NCBI GenBank assembly: GCA_903813345.2
Contig: CAIIXF020000001.1
Location: 31,372,001 to 31,436,000 of the forward strand
Source: Owenia fusiformis
Taxonomy: Eukaryota
DNA length: 64,000 nt
Direction of reading: 5' to 3'
Within the stretch, counting starts at the first letter, position 1, and the number at the start of each line of letters is the position of its first letter. The notes under the pieces are model-generated. The model was not told where the DNA came from. It searched no databases and was given only the letters and a program-made list of their open reading frames with translations. Position numbers and translations under genes: made by a program. Positions 13,881 through 25,109 of the stretch are shown here, one piece after another.

Positions 13881-14454
13881 TTACTTAGTTTACACAAAGC
13901 TATATCCTGAGAGATAGCTTTGCAAAACTCGATATTCCCAGCCCATGTTAGAGGTCTTTTTCAGAAATGTTAGAAATCATGGGAACACTTACACTACTTC
14001 AATCGATGTATAACATCATAAAGTATCGTTGTTATAATCGTAGAACACTAACTGGAGTCGGGAGACAGTGTAATTGACGAAAAATGTATTTGGAACTTGT
14101 TATTTTCCATGTCGTCTGACCAGGAAGTCTTGCCAATGCGCCTGCGTGTAACCGGAAGCGGAAATCTCATGGCATAGAAGCGCATGCGCATTATCCAACT
14201 TTCTGAGAAGCCATCTTGAAAATTATTATCTCTTCAACATTTTTCAACATTTTTCGTCAATTACACTGTCTTCCGACTCCAGTTAGCGTTCTACGATTAT
14301 TACAACGGTATTTTATGATGTTATAAAGGGATTGAAGTAGTGTAAGTGTTCCCACGATTTCTAACATTTCTGAAAAAGACCTTTAACATGGGCTGGGAGT
14401 ACCTAGTTTTGCATAGCCATCTATGTATACAGTGGCTATGTGCAAATATAGTAA
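13881..14454. mobile_element. Foldback MITE with ~200-bp imperfect inverted arms, in intron 1 of the PTB-like gene
   Basis: 13912-14087 is the reverse complement of about 14245-14422 (e.g. CCCAGCCCATGTTA..GTCTTTTTCAGAAATGTTAGAAATC / GATTTCTAACATTTCTGAAAAAGAC..TAACATGGGCTGGG), with weaker similarity extending to 13881/14454. Confidence 0.7.
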
Positions 14455-14806
14455 AAATGAAACCTGGCATCAATAATGGACAATCAAATGAAACCTGGCA
14501 TCAATAAAAAATAATAACAACCACCTGTATTAGAAATTCAATGGAAAATACACTATTTGTGGGCAAGAAAATCATATAGGCAGTTCATAAAACAAAGGGC
14601 GGCCGATTTGAATAACTCGCCAACACCGACGTACTAGAAACAACTTGTTGATAAAAAAAAAGTTACGGTGTCTCGTCGAAACTAAAAATCCGAGAATTAA
14701 AAATCACATTACAGGTTTTCTACTCCTTTATCCTTATCAGAATAGCTCAAAATTCACACAAATTGTAGATACCGTATTTAAATACAATGTGGAAACGTTG
14801 ACTTAC

Positions 14807-14814
14807 CCATCCAT
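14807..14814 (-). CDS. PTBP: First coding exon (ATG GAT GG|gtaagt) of a probable polypyrimidine tract-binding protein (PTB/PTBP/hephaestus) gene; 5'UTR extends to about 14890; gene continues off the left edge
   Basis: The minus strand reads aagatcATGGATGG|gtaagtc: good Kozak context and a consensus donor at 14806-14801. It lies just inside a YY1/E-box/ETS motif cluster. Spliced to exon 5680-5656 it gives MDGEFYASGLK, resembling vertebrate PTBP N-termini (MDG|...GTK/GVK/GLK|RGSDELL) with the same intron phases (2, then 0). The RRM exons are not in the window. Confidence 0.6.
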
Positions 14815-14869
14815 GATCTTGTCGCGCAGTTATTCACGGTTAAGTGGGTGGTTTTTCGATTTGTCTTTC

Positions 14870-15140
14870 AACAACAAAATGGCGGCAAATGTGAACCACG
14901 AGAATCCGCGAAGCATAATTTGACCTTTGGGCTCGTGAATGTTTTAGCGTTTATGAAAAATTGATGATAAAAATACAACCACATACATGCTAGTCAAAGT
15001 ATTCGCTCAGTGAAATATATGTAATTGTACTCGGATTCTTGTTTGTTGTCTGATATTGTAAATACCATGAAATATAATCAAGTGATGAGTAAGTCACGTG
15101 ACAAAGGTCAAAAAATGTAAACAAAGTCTACTTCCTGGTT
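14870..15140 (-). promoter_or_regulatory. Housekeeping-type promoter of the minus-strand PTB-like gene
   Basis: YY1-like AAAATGGCGGC (14876-14886), palindromic E-box GTCACGTGAC (15093-15102) and ETS-like ACTTCC (15130-15135) sit in a locally CpG-richer stretch immediately upstream of the ATG exon. Confidence 0.5.
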
Positions 15141-15887
15141 CAAATGAAATACGATGTCCGTAAATTGTCAGGCAGAATTTTCGCGATTCAAAGCATACTT
15201 TGAACTCATTTTAAATTTGAAAGGAACCTTCCTGGTTGGCCCATGTACTCCCCCCCCCCAGGAAGTCTCTTTATGTTGAGATATCCTGGGATAGTGTTGA
15301 ATTGCCTTTCAAGCAACAGTGTCAAGACAGGGACAGAAAAATATTGGCCGCATTTTGAAAGTTACCCTTTTTAGTCTCTTTTACAAGACAAAAGTTGAAA
15401 AAGTAACGTAAAGGCTAGAGTACCGACAATTGTCGGTACTCTAGACTCTGATGTGGTGGCACGCTAGAGGACCGACAAATAAATTGTCGGTACGGGAGAT
15501 ATGCTGTGTTTACACGCTAGAGGACCGACAAATATTAATTTTCGAATTTTCTGGCGCATGCGCAATGCGATGGGGGATATTTCAGATATCATACGGATAT
15601 TTTGGGAACAAGTGCAAAACCCGGGGAGGGCATTAGCCCCGGTTACCCGGGGATTACCAAACCCAGTCAAAAAATGGTAGCCCGGGAACAGGGAATGGTA
15701 GTAAACGTTGAAAGGCCCAATAAAAAACATGAACAAGTAAGACGTTAGAGAGCTATTAATGCAGAGTAAACGGCTATATATATTCTAAACAGACAGGATA
15801 TTTCTCCTGAGCCGATCAGGCGTAGAAAGGGGCGTTTGCTACCCATTAGATAGAAGAAAATAGCTAGAATGTTTTTTATTTGAAGCT

Positions 15888-16355
15888 TATGGTATGAGGT
15901 TCCATATCCATCCGCCAAAAGGTATAACCCCTATATAGTCCATTTAAAAACCTGTGGTATCGTTCTAAATAACCCATAGTTGGCTTCTCTTTCTCTATGC
16001 CACTATTTGGTGTCAAAATAAAGAGGAGTTCAACTTTCATTTGAATTACGAAAATAGCGATGTAGGTCAAAATAGTTCCGAACGTGAGCATGTTTACTAC
16101 GCGTTTGCCCGTCATATCAGAATTGAGGAAGTGGTAGCAAACGCGAGTTACAATAAACGGACGCTGATATCTCAAAAAGTAACCTGACTCCCTATAATTT
16201 GATGTAGGTCAATCGAACCCCTATATGGACAGGTGCATTTTGATATATAACACTATGGGGGGTAAGCGTTTCATAGTTGGTCACGAACGCCATATGTGCA
16301 AAGTATTGTTATGAATTTTCGAATTTGGTGTTGGATTACGGTACTCATACCTTAT
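15888..16355. mobile_element. MITE nested inside the 15413-17002 element
   Basis: Ends TATGGTATGAG..CCATATCCA / TGGATTACGGTACTCATACCTTATA. Removing it joins 15795-15888 to 16356-16420, giving a sequence collinear with the internal duplicate at 16468-16690. Confidence 0.45.
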
Positions 16356-16725
16356 AGCACAATTTTTGATGGAAGTTGCATTTGGCTCCCTTAGTTAATG
16401 GCCACGATTCCATCTCGCATGAGAGAGCTACCAAACGCAAAGTAAACAGTGATATATTCCAAATGAGATATTTCTCCTGTGCCATGGCGTAGTAAGGGTA
16501 GAGAGCGACGGGGGCGAAAGCATCCCCTCCCCTAACTGTATATATCGACCCATTAGATAGAACAAGAAAAGAGCTTTAAAATGTTTTTTAATTGAAGCTT
16601 GTAGGACAATTTTGATGGAAGTTATATCAATTTTTGTCGAAATAAATTATGGCTCACTACAAGTTAATGCCTGTACGATTCCATACTGCAAAAGAAGCAC
16701 TATGCCCTCAAAAGAAAAAAGTAGG

Positions 16726-16795
16726 TCTTGCCGGGATTCGAACTCGGGACCGGGTGTGTTCGAGTCGTGCTCACTAACCACTAGGCTACCAGTGA
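16726..16795 (-). pseudogene. tRNA-derived Pol III sequence (pseudo-tRNA / SINE head)
   Basis: The minus strand has an A-box TAGCCTAGTGG and a B-box GAGTTCGAATCC at tRNA-like spacing, a T-stem (CCGAG/CCCGG region) and a downstream T-run. The anticodon and acceptor stems pair poorly, so it is not a functional tRNA. Confidence 0.55.
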
Positions 16796-18066
16796 TGAGG
16801 TTATTTCAAAAAGTAAAAGTAGTGCATTTATTTATGAAATTGTCGGCTCTCTATCAAAAACACGTAGCAGCCACTTGCGTACCGACAATTGTCGGTTCTC
16901 TATCTGGCACTACTAGTTGACGATAGAGTGCCGACAATTGTCGGTACCCCAGCAAATACCCCTGGACAGTCTCCAGTACCGACAATTGTCGGTCCTGGAG
17001 CCACTCCGAAAAAGTAAAGCATATCACAGAAAATATTGACATTTACTGAACTTTAAGTTTTCTCCACGAAAAGTGGATGAAATTTATGTATGCAGTAGTC
17101 ATTTTCAAAACACGTTACCTTATTAAAACGTAACTTTGTTATTGGACTTTAATTTTTTACTTCTCACGGGACCAAAACGCCGCTAAAATAAGCGACTCTG
17201 TACACAAAAGCAATGTTTCGAGTGAAAAGTATTTCTTTGAAGGTTTTAAATGGAACAAGTTTGAAGAAAAACGGTGCACTGTGAGACTCACAATCATTGA
17301 TTTTCCAAAGAAAGGCCGGGTAGGTTTAAAATTCAAATTAACGCTGAAATTGCGGGGCCTTAAATGGTTTCGATACGCCCCGGTGAGTTAGGACCGCGTG
17401 TTTCTACAAGATTCGAAACTGAAGTGTCTCAAAAAACTGTCGTGCGTTTTAGAAGGTTTGAGAAGCTCAATGTTCAGACTAAATATTGAGAAGAATGTTA
17501 GACATAGGCGTAGCCGGGGGGGGGGGATGCGATGGGTACGCCCCTGATGCGAGTAGGCTAATCTTACGTCTCCATGACATTCAAAGATCCAAAGGTGCAA
17601 TACCCCAATAGTCGCTGATTATGTCTATGAGATCAATAGTATCAGCTACCAATGATCACGGGGAGGACAGTCGGTGCAAGCCTGCAAGGAGGTTTGGCTC
17701 CCAGGGTTTTATCTAGATATTTCAAAAATCAAAACACACAAATCATGAGTGAAGGTATCAGTTCAAATCTTTTGGATCGCTGATTACGAATTCACGGCCA
17801 GTTATAAAGTCAGACAATTACAACATTTTTAATGTTGATCATTTGCAGCCTTTTTGGTAGACTATGGGTTGTTGAGTTGGCGGAGCAGTGTAGAATCTAT
17901 AGACTTTTTTACAAATTTCCTTTAATCATTTTCTCCCCTGTCGGCTAAGAGTGCCGAATGTTTTTATGAGAATGTGTTTCTCTAAACGACATAATAAATT
18001 CGACAATTAAAAATGCCAAGGCTAGTACTTATTCATTGATAAATTCGACATTCAGTTCTTAGATAT

Positions 18067-19060
18067 CAGGGGGTCATTAACAGAACTTTCGCAGAGTTAC
18101 GAATTCGTAATTCGTAACTTTATGAAATTCGCAATTATTTAAAAAGTTACGAATGACTTACGAATTCATAAAGTTACGAATCGGCCATTAACAGAACACT
18201 TTCGTAAGTCATTCATAAGTTTTATCGTTCGTAAACGAATTTCAAATTGTGACGTCATCTTATATCATTATTTAGCACAAATAAAAATATGATGTCATTT
18301 GATATCATTGCGCGCTGTGATTAAACTTGTCTCCGCGATTTCAAAGATTCCCAGCTCAGGAACATATTTGCTTATCATGTAAGAATAGGTGAATATTTTA
18401 GCTTGAAACTTAGCATGCATATAAAGAACAATTTCTTTTTGCCAACCTGGGGGTCATTAACAGAACTTTCGTAAAGTTACGAATTCGCAAGTCAATTGTT
18501 AATTTTACGAATTTGGTAAATGTGCATTAACAGAACTTTCGTAAAGTTACGAACGATTCGCAAAGTTACAAAAAAATGACGTCACGTATGCTTTCGTTCG
18601 TAACTTTAATAGCACCTCAGACCCTTTCATAACTTTGCGAATGGCACATTTTTCATCCAATTCTTATGTAAGTTATACAGGTTGGCAAAAAGAAATTGTT
18701 CTCTATATGCATGCTGAGTTTCAGGCTAAAATATCTACCTATTCTTACATGATAAGCAAATATGTTCCTGAGCTGGGAATCTTTGAAATCGCGGAGACAG
18801 GTTTGATCACAGCGCGCAATGATATCAAATGACATCATATTTTTATTTGTGCTAAATAATGATATAAGATGACGTCACAATTTGAAATTCGTTTACGAAC
18901 GATAAAACTTATGAATGACTTACGAAAGTGTTCTGTTAATGGCCGATTCGTAACGTTATGAATTCGTAAATCATTCGTAACTTTTTAAATATTTACGAAT
19001 TTCATAAAGTTACGAATTACGAATTCGTAACTTTGCGAAAGTTCTGTTAATGACCCCCTG
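18067..19060. mobile_element. Young foldback DNA transposon with ~380-bp near-perfect TIRs
   Basis: 18067-18449 is the reverse complement of about 18678-19060. Termini are CAGGGGGTCATTAACAGAACTTTCG / CGAAAGTTCTGTTAATGACCCCCTG, with AT on both flanks and many TTACGAA/TTCGTAA sub-repeats. Confidence 0.85.
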
Positions 19061-19570
19061 ATCAATATATTTGCAGAAACAATGATAAAGGTACAAAATG
19101 AACTCATTTTATTTGTATACGGATATACAATGTGTCACTAACAAATGCGTTTAAGGACTTTGCTTGGATGTATTTTAGTATAAAACACATACATATACGT
19201 TTTAACGAAACAAATTAGATCAACGAACAGAAAAGGTAAACGATGAATGAAAATACTCAAGTTACGAACATAAATGTGCATTTAACAAGTACAGAAGTTC
19301 AATTTACGAATACATATATATAATTCTTATAAAATGACAGCTGTCCATCTAGTTTTCTGTAATGTGGGGTTAAGCACAGAACTATTTTGATTTTTTTCAG
19401 GAAAAACACGAATATTTATATTTCTTTTTATTTACCATTTCATTGACAAGATATGCAATTTTCTTGTGTAGATTTAGTTTGACATTATATGTGTATGAAC
19501 TAACAATATAGCCTCCAATCTGCAAATTTTAGCTTAAAAGTGATCGATAAAAGAAAAATGACAAACTTTT

Positions 19571-19671
19571 AGAAATACTGGACGAAATAAAAAATGTAAG
19601 CTTACTGGACGCACACCTGTTAATACCGGAAAGCTTGCGTCCAGTACATTTTCATTTCGTCCGGTATTTCT
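19571..19671. repeat. ~100-bp imperfect palindrome (mini-MITE)
   Basis: AGAAATACTGGACGAAAT..AAAATGTA..CTGGACGCA / TGCGTCCAGTACATTTTCATTTCGTCCGGTATTTCT. Confidence 0.5.
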
Positions 19672-19831
19672 TTAAAGGTTCATGTGCAGTATGGCAAGTG
19701 ATTTTAGATAGTCATATATCTTTAACCATGAGTACTTTCTGGGCATAAATACAGTGGTATAATATGTTTTCTTTCAGGTGAAGTACCCAAAATAATAGAA
19801 ATATCAATCGAACAATTCGAAATATTATTAA

Positions 19832-20467
19832 TAGGGGCTCCATGTCAACATTTTTGCTCAAAAGAGGATCTTCTTTTTCTGGTTTTTATTGCATGAAAAT
19901 ATTATTCAAGAAGGGGTCTAAAACTTCTTCAAAAGTAGAATGGTATTGAAAGTCTAGTTTTGAAGATATCCTTTTTCGCTGACCAAAACTATGCTGAAAA
20001 CAATGGATACCACGATATGTAGTTTTTAACTTTAACGCATTTCAATACACATCCCCTTTTCAGAAATTGTTAATATAGTGTAAAAGAAACTTTCGAATTT
20101 AGAGAAATTATTTAATGTAAATCTTGATTTTAATGCCCATGATATGAGGTTCGGAAGATCTGTAAATAATGTAAACATTTTGCTAAATAGGCTATCACTA
20201 GCAATCAAATATATATATACGCAAAACAGTTTAATGAGGTACATCCAAACATTCCAGAACTTTTGGGTATGACTGTTGCGAATGTCTGAATGAATGGAGG
20301 TGGTGTGAAAGTGGCTTAATATTTCATCTTTGTATTACTTCATGTTTGATTCAATAAAAAAAATATTCTGTTAAAAAAACTTTCGATATGTTCAAATTGA
20401 GTAAAACAAGATCCTCTTTTTAAAAAATGTGCCTAACATTTTTAAAAAGTACCAATGTGGGGTCCTA
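19832..20467. mobile_element. Degenerate MITE
   Basis: TAGGGGCTCCAT...AAAAGAGGATCTT at the left end versus AAGATCCTCTTTT...ATGTGGGGTCCTA at the right end. Confidence 0.35.
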
Positions 20468-20668
20468 ATCCATAATTTTTCAGAGACTGTTGGATTGATA
20501 TTTTACTACCATGGGGACTTCACTTGAAAGAACGCATATTGTTTTAATAAAAACCACTGTATTGATGGCCAGAAAGTACCCATTGTGAAATATACGACCT
20601 TCTAAAATCACTTGCCGTAACCATGAGATCGTGAGTTTAATACGTGTGAGCTCCTTGCGTTCATTCAT

Positions 20669-21338
20669 CTGTGAGATCGACAGTTGTCAGCTTCCAATGA
20701 TCACTGAATATATCTTTGAGGTATATGTAAGCTCATGTATGTGTCTATGAGATTCATAGTTGTCAGCTTCCAATGATCACTGAATATATCTTTGAAATTC
20801 ATGTAAGCTCATGTACATGTATAGCCTATGTCTATGAGATCCATAGTTGTCAGCTTCCAATGATCAAGATATCTTTGAAATTCATGTAAGCTCATGTATG
20901 TGTCTATGAGATCCATAGTTATCAGCTTCCAATGATCAGTGAATGTATCTATGGCCATCTATGAAATTCATGTAAGCTCATGTATGTGTCTATGAGATTC
21001 ATAGTTGTCAGCTTCAAATGATCACTGAATATATCTATGAGATCCATGTTGGCTCATGTATGTGCCTATGAGATTCATAGTTGTCAGCTTCAAATGATCA
21101 CTGAATATATCTTTGAAATTCATGTAAGCTCATGTATGTGCCTATGAGATCCATATTTATCAGCTTCCAATGATCACTGAATATATCTATGAAATTCATG
21201 TTAGCTCATGTACATGTATGTGTCTATGAGATCCATAGTTATCAGCTTCCAATGACCGCTGAATATATCTATGAGATCCATGTAGGCTCATGTATGTGTC
21301 TATGAGATTCATAGTTGTCAGCTTCCAATGACCGCTGA
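20669..21338. repeat. 76-bp minisatellite array (left part)
   Basis: Unit ~GTGTCTATGAGATCCATAGTTGTCAGCTTCCAATGATCACTGAATATATCTATGAAATTCATGTAAGCTCATGTAT, with starts at 20986, 21062 and 21138. An isolated monomer fragment lies at about 17621. Confidence 0.85.
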
Positions 21339-21564
21339 AATTTTCACAAATTGTACTTTGAAGTAGTGCAACTAATATTGTAAAGTTTCAGAAAAAATGA
21401 TAAGATGCGGGTTAAGTTATGGTTACTATAGTAACGTGACATCACAATACCCGGGGCAACTTTTTCATGAAAATGTAATATCTAACATTTTTATATGACT
21501 GAAGAAAGTATCTAGTTCGCCTATTTCGATACTAAATTTCTTGTTTGTTTTATTAGTTGCTTTA

Positions 21565-22390
21565 TAGTTTAGTTTAGTTTATATAGTTTATTATAGTGTC
21601 ACAGGTTCATACATATACAATAAAATACAATACTAAAATACATCAATAAAAAAACCTCTAGCCGATGCCGGCTTATGAGACACTTATATTATACATAAAT
21701 AGCATCAATATTACAATGTTATTGCAAACGTTCCAGATTAAATGCCCTCTTTTGAAACATTTTATATATAGAGGAAGCAATTTTCCTTTGACTAGATTTA
21801 CATGTCATTATAGAGTGGAGTGTAATATTATCAACACTAAAATTATCGAATGAATCTCTTAAATATGAAAATAGGTCATTTCTGATATCTATATAATGTG
21901 TACAGTCTAACAGAAAATGTTTTTCATCTTCTACTTGGTCACTATCACATAAAAGACATTTTCTGTTGTGTAATGCCTAATGGAATGTTATTAAAGCGAC
22001 CTGTCTCTATGGCTAACTTCAAAGTACCAGATATAAATTCTGCCAGTATTTTTCTATGGTATCTTGGCAAGTTTTCCTTTATAAACTGTTCAGTGCAGAC
22101 ACCGAATTTAAATTCCCTATATGTTCTTAATTTATTTCCATTTATAAGGTTTCCCTTGTCATTCCATATGTTATTTAAGAATGGGTCTTGACTTTGGAAG
22201 TGTAGTTGAACATTTTGGACTGTTTGATTGATATTGATTGCTTGTTCCATTTCTAAAACATGGCCCTGGTTTGCTTTTTGAATAATATTGAGCACTTTAT
22301 TGCCCCAGCTTGATTTTCTCCTTATTGACCAGCTATGTACCTTAAAGTTAATTCTATTATGGTCTGTATTTTTTAATCTGAGGAATAGCC
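21565..22390 (-). mobile_element. 5'-truncated CR1/L2-group LINE 3' end (post-RT part of ORF2, 3'UTR, tail)
   Basis: KLRTYREFK...LPRYHRKILAEFISGTLKLAIETGRFNNIP, then after one frameshift RKCLLCDSDQVEDEKHFLLDCTHYIDIRNDLF...LERLQ* (stop 21721-21719), followed by a short 3'UTR, AATAAA and an (AAACT)n tail. Confidence 0.8.
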
Positions 22391-22491
22391 TATATATATA
22401 GTTATGGGGTTGCTATACAACTCAGATTCAAGTATGATTTCATAATAATAATAATATTTATTCAATTTCCTGAAATATCATTATGTATAAC

Positions 22492-23747
22492 CACGGTGCC
22501 CATGTCAAGCTGCGCGCCTACTTAGGCGCGCAGTTTGTTTCGATCACAAACTGCGTGCCTAACAACATTGCATCGTTTAAGTTGGAGTCTGAATTTTGAA
22601 TCGTAATTTAAAGACATTTATCCTGCATTGTTTTCTTGTTCAATGCGTTCATTCTGTGGCGAATATACGAATCTTGCAAATAATAGCAAAAAGTATGTGC
22701 AAATGAATCTAAGTTTTAAAACATAAGCAGATTAATGGCATTTTCGTCACTGATTTAACGGGAGTTTATACGTAAATCGATCTAGCACTTTAAACATAAA
22801 TGACAAATACTTTAGACTCGTTTTATATTTAATTCCTTACGCATTTATCATGTATAATTCAAAATATTTCGAGATAAAACAGATAATCAGGAGATTAAAA
22901 AGAAATAAAGCACAAACCGCGCGCCCATTTTAGCCAGAAATTACAAACTGTGCGCATACACTATAAAAATTACATACTATCATTGGAATTTCTGCAGAGG
23001 CACGTGTAGGTGTTTTTCATATAGCTTTGGAATTTTTGCTTTATCGTCAGATTTTATGAGATTTTCATATTGAAAGTCAAAATGTATAATAGAAGTGACA
23101 ATTAAGTTTGGAACGAAAAAACTTTTATTTTCAGATCACCATCTTGGTGGATGGACTCTCATAATGTTTCAATTATGGGGTTCTACTATTAGACACATAT
23201 GTGCCTTACATATGGCGCTTACGTTTTCTAATTATTCAAAAAAAGATTGGATAGGCGAGCAATTTTGAAATATAAGGCACGCAGTTTGGAAAATACATGT
23301 GAATATAGGCGCGCAGTTTGACAAGAAAAATGTTTAAATCACGTTTATGGCGTATTATCGTTTTGAAAAACTATCCTGCTTTAATCAGATGGAGTGATCC
23401 TATATATTCTAGCATACACAGACACAATGGCTGAATAAACGGCAAATGACGATAAAAAGACATAGATATAACATTACACTGTAAATTTTGAACACAGAAG
23501 TTACTTAAGACCCTTATATTGAGATAACTAGGTTTACATCGGGCACAACATTGAGTACTATGAGTAAAATAAGTTCATCTTCACAGAATGGTACTATCTT
23601 AAGAACGAGACTAACCTTGTACTTTTCGTATTTTGGCTCTTTTTGGGAGTCGTGTCCTCCCCGTCTTCAATTTTGAAATATGCGCGCAGTTTGTCAGAGT
23701 TTCAAACTGCGTGCCTATTAGGCACGCTGCTTGACATGGGCATCGTG
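22492..23747. mobile_element. Transib-like non-autonomous DNA transposon
   Basis: TIRs CACGGTGCCCATGTCAAGC / GCTTGACATGGGCATCGTG and an exact 5-bp TSD ATAAC (22487-22491 and 23748-23752). About 10 subterminal and internal CAAACTGCGCGCCT-like motifs are present. Confidence 0.75.
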
Positions 23748-24425
23748 ATAACAGTCTGCACAATTCACTGTTGAGTTTTTGAAAAGACCCAATTTGAAGC
23801 CAGTCACCCACCTTCATAACACGCCTGCCCGCAAGTCAGCATTAAAGACCACTGCAGCTATAGCGAAGCTAGGTCTTGAGGTCTAAAACCATGCATCATA
23901 CTCTTCTGATCATGCAATATCTAATTTTTACTTTTATATAGGGAATGGAATGCTAATCAGCGTGGTAAGATCTTTAAAGATGAGAATGACCTTCTCTAAG
24001 TTGTCCTATCGACCCTGCGTGACATCAAATGGGTTCACTCCCCATGTGTTTGAGTCATGGATACTGAGTGCTACTCTTGGACTGACCAAAGAGGACCCTA
24101 CTTTTCAAAGTAGAGGATTAACATAGGAATATCAAATAATGTATTTAGCAAATGTAATTCCCACCAGTTGTTGGATTCTAACTTTGCTATGGGATGTACA
24201 AAATGCTTAAAGTCTCTGTAACTTTCTGCGTGAAATGTTGCCCCGGGTATTGTGATGTGATGTTACCATAGCAACCATAACTCTACCCCAGTTTCATAAT
24301 TTTTGTCGAAACTTTTCAGTCTTAGTTACAATACATGGAAATACATTATGTAAAATTTTGAAGACGATTGGTGCATATTCGACAAAATGCCAGCACCAGT
24401 CCTGTTACTTTTGGAACACCCTGTA

Positions 24426-24680
24426 TATCTATGAGATTCACGTAAGCTCCTATATGTGTCTATGAGATCCATAGTTGTCAGCTTCCAATGGTCACTAAAT
24501 ATATCTATGAGATCAATGTCTGCTCCTGTATGTGTCTATTGGATCCATAGTTGTCAGCTTCCAATAATCACTGAATATATCTATGAAATCAATATCAGCT
24601 CCTGTATGTGTCTATGAGATTCATAGTTGTCAGCTTTCAATTATCACTGAATATATCTATGAGATAAATATCAGCTCCTA
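24426..24680. repeat. 76-bp minisatellite array (right part, same family)
   Basis: The same unit resumes immediately after the TA at 24424-24425. Confidence 0.8.
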
Positions 24681-25109
24681 TTTTTAGTTACAGCTGGTTT
24701 TCTATGATACATATTTTAAACATGCTCGTTTCGTAAGATATTTGAAGCTAAGACATGTATGACATACATCATTTTCTTCAGAAAGCATAATACTTCATGA
24801 GTATAATGATTTCCGTTGCCACCAACGTGAAATTGCAAATCTCCAGTTTTAAACACAGATCTGAAACTGATCGGGTTTCTGAAGTCGACTAAGTAGCGCT
24901 TGTTTTGTATGCGCAATTTATACATTACTGTATTAATTCATTGGCTTTGCGTTCACTTGTCCGTGTCATAATAATTTGATCGGTAAAATCACAGGCTAGT
25001 ATCGAAATATTTGTCCGCTGTGACGGAGCATGCTATTTTTCATAACAACACTAAGAATACTTCACGATTTATTTTTTAACTCATATCTTTCGTTATACCA
25101 TACACAATT

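Larger units (their letters stand above)
15413..17002. mobile_element. Non-autonomous DNA transposon with palindromic CCGACAATTGTCGG terminal and subterminal motifs
   Basis: 34-bp imperfect TIRs: GGCTAGAGTACCGACAATTGTCGGTACTCTAGAC / GTCTCCAGTACCGACAATTGTCGGTCCTGGAGCC. Further motif copies occur at about 15470, 15524, 16881 and 16931. No TSD was identified. Confidence 0.6.
21338..24423. mobile_element. Tc1/mariner-type non-autonomous element interrupting the 76-bp array and hosting nested insertions
   Basis: The right end is TTTTGGAACACCCTG|TA. 21338-21470 and about 24228-24360 are diverged inverted repeats (CATCACAATACCCGGGGCAAC / GTTGCCCCGGGTATTGTGATG). The outermost part of the left TIR is missing. 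Confidence 0.6.

Noticed and set aside
16726..16795. Functional tRNA gene (CGA/TCG anticodon)
   Set aside because: A and B boxes are present, but the anticodon and acceptor stems do not pair properly. Kept only as a tRNA-derived pseudo-element.
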